Positions 49,490 to 57,422 of a stretch of 64,000 nt of DNA are shown here, piece by piece (within the stretch, counting starts at the first letter, position 1; each line of letters begins with the position of its first letter). Origin of the DNA: Promethearchaeota archaeon Loki_b32. Lineage in GTDB: Archaea; Asgardarchaeota; Lokiarchaeia; Sigyniarchaeales; SOKP01. The notes beneath the pieces were generated by a model that worked only from the letters and a program-made list of their open reading frames with translations, was not told where the DNA came from and did not search any database. The translations under genes and the position numbers were made by a program. The stretch lies in NCBI GenBank assembly GCA_005223125.1, contig NJBH01000012.1, positions 1 through 64,000 of the forward strand, in the 5' to 3' direction.

Positions 49490-50596
49490 TCACTTTCTAA
49501 TTACCCAAATACTATTACCACCCTCTTTTATAAATTCTGCTCTCGTAAAGGGTGTTGAGTCAATGAATTCTTTAAAACTTTTTTCATTATAAAAATTTGC
49601 AAAACGCGCTTCAAGAAATTTGTGTAATACATCGAAAAGCAATAATTTTTGTCTTGGTGCAAAAGTGTCTGGAATCATACTCTCTCCAACGAGCAAAATT
49701 CCATCGTCTTTTAATAAAGAATATAGGCTATTAAAGATGCTTGATCGGTAATTTACATCATGATCCATCTCATGAAGGACTTGATTTAGTGTTATCAAAT
49801 CAAATTTTTTTATGCTAATTTTTGCATATTCATTAATCGGGATTTCATGAATTTCAATCCTATCATCCCAGTTATTTTCCTTTACCATTTTTTTCGCAAA
49901 ATCTATAGCAATAGGATCGATATCAATCCCAACAAATTGTACTTTTTCATATTTCTTTGCCCATACTTGAAGGTTGTATCCATATCCACAGCCTGCCTCT
50001 AGTACTGTACCTCCATTTTGTAGTTTTTCACAAAATTCTTTATAATTTGTTGAGAATAATCTCTCTATTAATGTACCAAATCTTGCACTCATCCGATTTA
50101 TATCATGAATCACCTCATCAGTAAATTCAAAATTGGGTACAACTCCATCTTGTTTAAAAGCATCAAGAATTAATTCTTGGTATGGTGCGAGATAATAAAA
50201 AGCCCCTAACGGATCCCCAATATAAGCCGGTTGATTACGATTGATTAATAACTCATATACATATGGTGCAGTTCTTAAACATCTTTCACAAGAATCATCG
50301 ATTTCCAATAAACCACACTCAAGAGCAGTGTGTGCCCACGCATCTACATAATTTCGTTCTAGGTTTAATTTTTCAGAAACTTCATTAATTGTAAAAGTAA
50401 CTGAAGATATCTTTTCAGTATTAGACTTACTTTTAGCTTTTTCTTGAAGATAATCTAAAATTCCTACTCTTCTTCCTAAACCAAATATAAGAACAGTTAG
50501 AAAGCCATAAAGGCTTTTTATCAGAAATTTTTTCATCTGATCTTTCATTGTAATTTCATCATTATTATTTTTTTTTTCTGAAATTGCTTTCACCAA
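49490..50596 (-). CDS. Class I SAM-dependent methyltransferase with N-terminal wHTH
   Basis: VLEAGCGYG, GIDID, FDLI...LHE, LKDDG. Confidence 0.88.
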   Translation of the reverse strand: MVKAISEKKNNNDEITMKDQMKKFLIKSLYGFLTVLIFGLGRRVGILDYLQEKAKSKSNTEKISSVTFTINEVSEKLNLERNYVDAWAHTALECGLLEIDDSCERCLRTAPYVYELLINRNQPAYIGDPLGAFYYLAPYQELILDAFKQDGVVPNFEFTDEVIHDINRMSARFGTLIERLFSTNYKEFCEKLQNGGTVLEAGCGYGYNLQVWAKKYEKVQFVGIDIDPIAIDFAKKMVKENNWDDRIEIHEIPINEYAKISIKKFDLITLNQVLHEMDHDVNYRSSIFNSLYSLLKDDGILLVGESMIPDTFAPRQKLLLFDVLHKFLEARFANFYNEKSFKEFIDSTPFTRAEFIKEGGNSIWVIRK

Positions 50597-50660
50597 TATA
50601 TTCTCTTTTTGGATAAAATAACAGATATGAATAATAAGAGATTTGAAAAAGTTATGGTAT

Positions 50661-50891
50661 TTAACTTTCTCTAAGAGTTATAACCTCATCCGGTAAAAAT
50701 GAATTCAAGATATCACTTATTATCCTATTATCTTCTATTGGAATGCCTCTAATCACAAATTCAGATTTCTTAAGAGGATCCACTTTCCAATCGAATTCAG
50801 TTAGAAGATAACGTTTGATATCGATAAATTTATCTTCTGGTTCTATCATAAAATCATCCATTAGTTTCTCGAGGTCTTTGACTTTTACCAT
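50661..50891 (-). CDS. Ubiquitin-like (beta-grasp) small protein lacking C-terminal GG
   Basis: 76 aa; manual alignment to ubiquitin (VKDL, IEPEDKFIDIK, GIPIEDNRIISD); GGAG SD upstream. Confidence 0.55.
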   Translation of the reverse strand: MVKVKDLEKLMDDFMIEPEDKFIDIKRYLLTEFDWKVDPLKKSEFVIRGIPIEDNRIISDILNSFLPDEVITLRES

Positions 50892-50997
50892 TTTCTTTCT
50901 CCAAATTTATTTTTTAATTTGAATGAGATAAGAATTTTTAATGTGTATTCAATAAAAATTTAAGTTTCAAAATTTATAAAGTTTTAAAAATCATTAC

Positions 50998-51792
50998 CTA
51001 AAAATACATTCTAATTGCTAAGCCCATCAACACAGCTGCGACTAAAAATTGTAAATAACTTCTAGGAATTTTTCCAGAAATTTTTGCCCCAAAAATGGAG
51101 CCTGAAATCGCCCCTACTCCAATTAAAATTCCAAATAAATAGTTTATTTGACCTATAATACTTTTAGCTATAGTATTATATATTGCTGTGAAGAATATTA
51201 TCCCTGTAGATATTGCTGTGGCATTATGAATGGGATATAAAAGAATAATATGAAGAGAAGGAGTATTGATAATACCCCCTCCAATTCCTAATAAATTAGC
51301 GGTAAACCCTGCCAAAAAAAATAAGGGTATTGACTTTCTGAGATTAGTTTGATAGTCATGATTATGCAGCATAAAATTATTTTCAAATTCTTCTTGAGAT
51401 AGATTAATCCTTCTAGATTTAAGTGCTTTATATGCCATGTTTGTTCCAGCTATTAGTAATGTTGTAGCAAATATCATTTTTAAAATATTTTCATCTAAAT
51501 CAACGAAAGTGAATAATACCGTACTCACAAAGCTTCCTAAAATCGAAAATGAAGAAAAAATAGCAACTTGTTTAATATGCAGTCTTTCTTCTTTGAAATA
51601 AATTAAAAATCCTGCCCCAGAAGAAATTAATATTATGAAAACAGAAGTATCTACAGCGACGTTTATTGGAATAAAAAAAAGAAGAACTAATGTGCTTACA
51701 AAAAAAACTCCACCCCCTATACCAACAATAGAGCTTATGGTTCCGAAAAGAAATCCTGCTATTAATAGGATAATAACTACGACAGTATCCAT
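50998..51792 (-). CDS. TSUP (TauE/SafE) family permease
   Basis: Duplicated GIGGG motifs, about 8 TM segments. Confidence 0.92.
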   Translation of the reverse strand: MDTVVVIILLIAGFLFGTISSIVGIGGGVFFVSTLVLLFFIPINVAVDTSVFIILISSGAGFLIYFKEERLHIKQVAIFSSFSILGSFVSTVLFTFVDLDENILKMIFATTLLIAGTNMAYKALKSRRINLSQEEFENNFMLHNHDYQTNLRKSIPLFFLAGFTANLLGIGGGIINTPSLHIILLYPIHNATAISTGIIFFTAIYNTIAKSIIGQINYLFGILIGVGAISGSIFGAKISGKIPRSYLQFLVAAVLMGLAIRMYF

Positions 51793-52092
51793 ATAATGTG
51801 AAATACCTTAAGCTATTATTAGTTTTCTAAAAATTAAGGCCTAATTGATGAAAAATTTAGTCTCATGTTAATCATCATTCCCTAACTTCAACTTATTGAA
51901 ATGATGATGATTAATAACATTTAATTTTATAAAAAATTAAAATTATCTATTTATCTTTATTATAAGAGACTTCTTAAATTATAATTGCTTCTTAAGAAAT
52001 CTAACTTCTAAATAGAATAATAATATATTATTAAGACAAGATTAAAATTATAGATAAATTATTATAAAATAAAATTCACTTCTCTCCTAAAT

Positions 52093-52482
52093 ATGCCCGA
52101 TTCTGACAACGATAAATTTGTTTTAAAGCTTGTACCGTGTTCTCGTTGTGGAAACCCTTTTATGATTAAAAATAATCAAAAAAATTCGGGCGAAATATTT
52201 TGTGATAATTGTATAAAATTAGAACAAAGAAAAAAGCAATTAGCTTCCTCTGTACTTGAATCTCAGAAAGAAATTAAAACTTCTATTAAAGAATATGAAA
52301 ATAAATTAGAATCAGCAGATTCACCAGATACAAAAAAAGCTTATTATGAAAAAATCAAAAAACAGTCTGAAATTTTGACTAAATCGGTTGAGCTCCTCAA
52401 AAAAATTGAAGAAACTAATAATGAGAAATATATCGAAGAATACAAACGACTATTCGAAAAAATGAAAAAGGAAAGTTCATAA
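52093..52482 (+). CDS. Zinc-ribbon plus coiled-coil hypothetical protein
   Basis: CSRC...CDNC followed by a charged helical region. Confidence 0.65.
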   Translation: MPDSDNDKFVLKLVPCSRCGNPFMIKNNQKNSGEIFCDNCIKLEQRKKQLASSVLESQKEIKTSIKEYENKLESADSPDTKKAYYEKIKKQSEILTKSVELLKKIEETNNEKYIEEYKRLFEKMKKESS

Positions 52483-52501
52483 AAGATCCTTGTAATAACC
52501 A

Positions 52502-53263
52502 TTATTTCTTTATAAAAATTAAACCTATATTTCGGATTCTATTTGTAGAATTATATTTAGCATCTAATTTCATGAACTTAGAAAGAATATTGACAATAAC
52601 ATTCCAAAACTTTCGGAACACAATATTGGATTCATATTTATTTCTCAAGTTTATAAGATTCTGTTCTATTTTTTTTGGATTCGTGGATTGAATGTCTGCA
52701 ATCATCATCAATCTACCATATACACCAAAAGTTTTGAGATTAATTAGATTGAATTTATTGAAACTGTTAATAATTTGGCTTATTTCATAACGTCTGTAAT
52801 GACCTATTATTATATCTTGTGTTGTGTAATATTTCATTCTGTGAGGTACTGTTATTACAGCTATCCCATTTTTCTTCAGAATCCTGCTTATTTCTGATAC
52901 AGCTAATTTATCATCTCTAATATGTTCTAACACATCAAGAACACTTACAAAATCAAAAGTCTCTTCTCTATAGGGTAATTTTACTAGATCGCCGCACATA
53001 GGATGCCATGTTTTTCCATCTGTATATTGCGTTAAAGGAAGGCTGGCAATATCAAAAAAAGATTTGTGTTTAATATTATCTAAAAAAGAGAGAATAGAAT
53101 TTCCAGATGAACCAAGGTCAATACCACATAAGAATTTTCTTTTTGTGTTAATATTATCTTTCAAAAGATCAAATTTACATCTTATTCCAGGAGATAAATA
53201 ATATTCTGATAATGTTCTAAAAGAAAAATTCTTATGCTCATCGTAAAAATCCTTGATTCTCAA
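52502..53263 (-). CDS. Class I SAM-dependent methyltransferase (Methyltransf_11)
   Basis: DLGSSG, LPY..ETFD....DVLEH, ILKKNG, GHYRRY. Confidence 0.88.
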   Translation of the reverse strand: MRIKDFYDEHKNFSFRTLSEYYLSPGIRCKFDLLKDNINTKRKFLCGIDLGSSGNSILSFLDNIKHKSFFDIASLPLTQYTDGKTWHPMCGDLVKLPYREETFDFVSVLDVLEHIRDDKLAVSEISRILKKNGIAVITVPHRMKYYTTQDIIIGHYRRYEISQIINSFNKFNLINLKTFGVYGRLMMIADIQSTNPKKIEQNLINLRNKYESNIVFRKFWNVIVNILSKFMKLDAKYNSTNRIRNIGLIFIKK

Positions 53264-53353
53264 AATAGTGTGGTCATTAAATTTATTACTATATTTAAAA
53301 AAAGTGTAATATTAAAATTAAACATCGATTAACTTAAAAAAATTATTTTAAAA

Positions 53354-53761
53354 ATGATTCAGCTTAGTGTATATTTGGAAGATAGACCAGGCGAACTTGC
53401 TAATTTTATTAAACTTTTAATGGATAATAAAATTTTTATACGAGCTCTAACTGTGGCAAAAACAAGTGAATATGGGTTAATATTAATTTTGGTCGATAAT
53501 CCTGAAAAATGTATTAATCTTTTGGAAGACAGAGATTTCCTCTTATCTACTACTGATGTAATTGCTGTTAGATTAAATGATCGTCCTTATGCTTTATACG
53601 AAATTCCAAAGACATTAGGCGAAAATGATATCAATATTGATTACTTTTATTCTACTTTAATAAAAGATGAATCTATGCTTATTTTACGTGTTGAAGATAC
53701 GATAATAGAAGAAGCTATAAATCTCCTTGAGAAAACGGGATTTCCTATAGTTGAAAAATAG
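53354..53761 (+). CDS. ACT domain pair protein (COG4747-like)
   Basis: QLSVYLEDRPGEL...NI.Y.Y tandem ACT pattern. Confidence 0.88.
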   Translation: MIQLSVYLEDRPGELANFIKLLMDNKIFIRALTVAKTSEYGLILILVDNPEKCINLLEDRDFLLSTTDVIAVRLNDRPYALYEIPKTLGENDINIDYFYSTLIKDESMLILRVEDTIIEEAINLLEKTGFPIVEK

Positions 53762-53898
53762 AAATTAATTTAAGATTCTTAAGTATTTTCTCCCATTTTA
53801 TTCCCAATTAAATTGATATTTTAATTGAATAATAAAACTTAAGAATTTTACGTAATTTAAAGGTATACAGTTAAATTAGTAACAATAAGGTAAGAAAC

Positions 53899-55083
53899 AT
53901 GAGTATTAAGTTTACTGAAGAACAAGAGATGATCCGTGAATCGGTAAGAGAATTTGCGCAAAGTAAAATTGCGCCAATAGCTCTTCAAATGGAAGAGACT
54001 AAGGAAATTCCGAGAGATGTCGTCAAAGGAATGGCAGAATTAGGACTTATGACGTGTACTGCAGATGAAAAGTATGGTGGCGCTGGATTAGATGCTGTAA
54101 GTGCTGGTGTTATCGCAGAAGAATTAGCAAAAGCAGATTGTACTGGTTCTACATGTGTATATTACTTGGTTCCCGCATCATGGGGTTTTCTTTTGAATAA
54201 ATACGGAACAGAAGAAGCAAAACAAGAGATATTCCCTAAAACTGTCTCGGGAGAGTGGTTTCTTGGAATAGCTACAACTGAAAGTGATGCTGGTTCTGAT
54301 GTAGGAGCTACTAAGACAACAATAAAACCAGATGGAGATGGATTTGTTGTGAACGGTGAAAAAATGTATATTAGTGGAGTAAGAGAGGCAGTTACGCATG
54401 GGGGGGGACATATCACAATTGCCCATCAAACTCCTGAGCGTGGGACAAGGGGTATGACTACATTTTATTTACCATTAACAGCTGAAGGAATTACTCCTAC
54501 TTATATAGACGACTTAGGTAGAGAGGGGATTTCATGTGGTGGTTTCAGTATAGATAATGTAAAAATCCCTAAACATTATATATTAGGAGAAGAAAACAAA
54601 GGATTCTATATACTCCATGAAGGATATGAATATGCAAGGGCATTAATTTCTGTTATTTGCGCATCCGCCGGTTTAAAATCGTTAGAAAACGGAATGAATT
54701 ATATTAAAGAACGAAAATCCTTTGGAAAACCTTTAGCACAATACCAAGAAATTAACTTTAGATTAGCTGAACATTATACAAAATTGAATATGCTAAGGGA
54801 TTTGGGTTATAAAGCTTTAAAAACTATTGATTTAGAACAAGCAGGCAAGGTAGGTAGATTCGAAACAAGCAATATTGTGGCTCAAGCGAAAATGTTCTGC
54901 TCAGATTGGGCTTGCGAAGCAATAAATGATGTCATGCAGTGGCAGGGTGCTTTTGGATATTCACGAGAATGCCCTGATCAAGCTGCATGGAGAGCTGTTA
55001 GATCATTCTCACTTGCAGAAGGAACCAAAGAAATAATGAAGATGATTGTAGCAAGAGAACTACTTGGTAAGAAACAATATTAA
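53899..55083 (+). CDS. Acyl-CoA dehydrogenase
   Basis: TESDAGSD, NGEKMYIS, R.SFGKPL..YQ, GAFGY, AEGT (catalytic Glu). Confidence 0.94.
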   Translation: MSIKFTEEQEMIRESVREFAQSKIAPIALQMEETKEIPRDVVKGMAELGLMTCTADEKYGGAGLDAVSAGVIAEELAKADCTGSTCVYYLVPASWGFLLNKYGTEEAKQEIFPKTVSGEWFLGIATTESDAGSDVGATKTTIKPDGDGFVVNGEKMYISGVREAVTHGGGHITIAHQTPERGTRGMTTFYLPLTAEGITPTYIDDLGREGISCGGFSIDNVKIPKHYILGEENKGFYILHEGYEYARALISVICASAGLKSLENGMNYIKERKSFGKPLAQYQEINFRLAEHYTKLNMLRDLGYKALKTIDLEQAGKVGRFETSNIVAQAKMFCSDWACEAINDVMQWQGAFGYSRECPDQAAWRAVRSFSLAEGTKEIMKMIVARELLGKKQY

Positions 55084-55172
55084 TTAACTTTTTTTTATAT
55101 TTTTAATATTACTATTTAACTCTTATAAGATTGAGATTGATTTTATTATCATAATTTAATTTTGATGAAACT

Positions 55173-55961
55173 ATGAGATTTATCGTATGTGTAAAACAAG
55201 TTCCTGACACAACTGAAGTTAAGATAGATCCTGAGACTAACACCTTGATAAGAGAGGGTGTACCCAGCATTTTAAATCCTTTTGATCAGTTTGCTCTTGA
55301 AGAGGCAATTAAAATTAAACAAGAAGGTGATGAGATTATCGTGATTTCTATGGGTCCACCTCAAGCTAAAAAAGCTTTATTGAAGTGTCTCGCATTAGGA
55401 GCAGATAAAGCAATCTTGCTTAGTGATAGAATATTTGCTGGAGCTGATACTTGGGCGACTTCCTATACTCTTACTCGGTGTATCAAAAAAATTGGTGATT
55501 TTAATATTATATTTTGTGGTTTACAAGCCATTGATGGAGATACCGCCCAAGTAGGTCCCGAAATTGCAGCTCAATTAGGGATTCCACAGATAACATATTG
55601 TGAAAGTGTTGAAAAATTAGAAGGTAAAAAATTAACAGCAAAAGTTCAAACAGATGATGGGTACAAAATTGTAGAAACAAGACTTCCTATACTTATAACT
55701 GGAATTACTCCATCTTCATTTGAGCCAACAAACCCCCCCATGATGAGTATAATGAAAGCAAATAAAAAACCATTTTCTACATGGGATGCTAATGAGCTTG
55801 GGGGTAGTAAGGATAATTATGGATTGAATGGTTCATTAACTGAAGTTATTAAAGTTTATTCCCCACCGGCACGACAGCAGGGTGTTGTTATTGATGAGGA
55901 AACTGCTGAAACAGCGGTTCAAAAATTAATCGATTTATTATCTAAAGATAAGGTGATTTAG
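55173..55961 (+). CDS. etfB: Electron transfer flavoprotein beta subunit
   Basis: CVKQVPD, NPFD, GADTWAT, DGDTAQVGP. Confidence 0.95.
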   Translation: MRFIVCVKQVPDTTEVKIDPETNTLIREGVPSILNPFDQFALEEAIKIKQEGDEIIVISMGPPQAKKALLKCLALGADKAILLSDRIFAGADTWATSYTLTRCIKKIGDFNIIFCGLQAIDGDTAQVGPEIAAQLGIPQITYCESVEKLEGKKLTAKVQTDDGYKIVETRLPILITGITPSSFEPTNPPMMSIMKANKKPFSTWDANELGGSKDNYGLNGSLTEVIKVYSPPARQQGVVIDEETAETAVQKLIDLLSKDKVI

Positions 55962-55962
55962 T

Positions 55963-57156
55963 TTGATAAATGTAGATAAGGAAAAGTGTACTGGATGTGA
56001 ATTATGTGAAAAAGCATGTCCATTTGGAGCAATAACAATTGTAGAAAAAATTGCAGTAATCGGAGATGAATGCACTCTTTGTGGTGCTTGTGTCGATCAA
56101 TGTAATGTGGGGGCAATTACAATTCAACGGAAAAAAATTGAAGATATTGACTTATCGCGGTATCAAGATATATGGATCGTTGCTGAGATAAAAGACGACA
56201 AGGTTAGAAATGTATCTTTTGAGTTGTTAGGTAAGGCAAAAGAACTTGCAGATGAATTAAAACAAAAAGTTTGTGTCTTACTTTTAGGAGATAATGTAAA
56301 AAAATTCGCTCAAGATTTTTCAAACCGAGGGGCTAACAGAATATATATAGCTGAACATGAAGCTCTTAAAGATTATTATACTGAAACTTATTCTTCTGTG
56401 GTTACTGGTATAATCTCAAAATACAAACCAAATATTGTTCTATATCCCGCAACTATAAATGGAAGGGATTTAGCGCCAAGAGTGGCTGCTACTCTTGAGT
56501 TAGGGCTTACTGCCGACTGTACTGGGTTATCTATACACGATGGCTTATTATTACAAACAAGACCTGCGTTTGGTGGAAACATAATGGCAGATATTATTTG
56601 TCCTGCTACACGCCCACAAATGGCAACAGTTAGACCTAATGTTATGGAAATGGCATCAATCCAAGACAGTAATAATGCAGAAATCATTGATATACCTGTA
56701 AATATAGATCTTCAAGGAGTGAAGGTAAAAACTAAAGAAGTAATCAGTGAAACTGCTTCTGAGTGTGGTATTCCCGTTTGCGAAGCAGATACTATTGTAT
56801 CTGGAGGAAGAGGGGTAGGTAGTAAGGAGAATTTTAAATTAATTGAGGATTTAGCTAAAGTTTTAAATGCAGCTGTGGGAGCAAGTAGAGCTGCAGTGGA
56901 CTTGGGATGGATTCCAAAATCACAACAAGTAGGACAAAGTGGAACCACAGTCTCTCCAAAGATTTACATCGCATGTGGAATATCAGGGACAATCCAACAT
57001 TTAGTTGGAATGAAAAGTAGTGATATAATTATTGCGATAAATAAAGATCCTGAAGCTACGATATTTAACGTAGCAAATTATGGAATTGTAGGCGATTTGT
57101 GCGAAGTTGTACCATTATTAACGAAAGCTTTAAAGAAAAAATTATGTGAAGATTAA
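55963..57156 (+). CDS. etfA: Electron transfer flavoprotein alpha subunit with N-terminal 2x[4Fe-4S] ferredoxin
   Basis: Two CxxCxxCxxxC motifs; GLTADCT, RPAFGGN, QVGQSG, GISG.IQH. Confidence 0.95.
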   Translation: MINVDKEKCTGCELCEKACPFGAITIVEKIAVIGDECTLCGACVDQCNVGAITIQRKKIEDIDLSRYQDIWIVAEIKDDKVRNVSFELLGKAKELADELKQKVCVLLLGDNVKKFAQDFSNRGANRIYIAEHEALKDYYTETYSSVVTGIISKYKPNIVLYPATINGRDLAPRVAATLELGLTADCTGLSIHDGLLLQTRPAFGGNIMADIICPATRPQMATVRPNVMEMASIQDSNNAEIIDIPVNIDLQGVKVKTKEVISETASECGIPVCEADTIVSGGRGVGSKENFKLIEDLAKVLNAAVGASRAAVDLGWIPKSQQVGQSGTTVSPKIYIACGISGTIQHLVGMKSSDIIIAINKDPEATIFNVANYGIVGDLCEVVPLLTKALKKKLCED

Positions 57157-57217
57157 TAAAAAATTTTTTTATCAAGTCTTTTTTAAATTAAGTTTTTTTC
57201 GAATCTGAATGTAATTT

Positions 57218-57421
57218 GTGTTGGTGAAAGCCCATTTTACAGAAGCTATTAATAAGCTTGAAAAATACATGTCTAGAGAAGAAGCCGAAAAGTTTTGGCA
57301 AATTATGAATGAGTGGGCGAAATGGGTGAAAATTACTCTTAACCCAGAACGAATGGCATCGTGTGATTATGATAAAGATGATAAATGGCAAGAACTGCTA
57401 AATAAAATGGGATGGGAGTGA
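57218..57421 (+). CDS. Small hypothetical protein or gene remnant
   Basis: Protein-like 67-aa ORF filling the gap between convergent operons; weak start. Confidence 0.35.
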   Translation: MLVKAHFTEAINKLEKYMSREEAEKFWQIMNEWAKWVKITLNPERMASCDYDKDDKWQELLNKMGWE

Positions 57422-57422
57422 A

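Noticed and set aside
51845-51915. TGATGA boxes suggesting a C/D box sRNA
   Set aside because: No properly placed CTGA D/D' boxes; the second TGATGA is part of a hairpin arm
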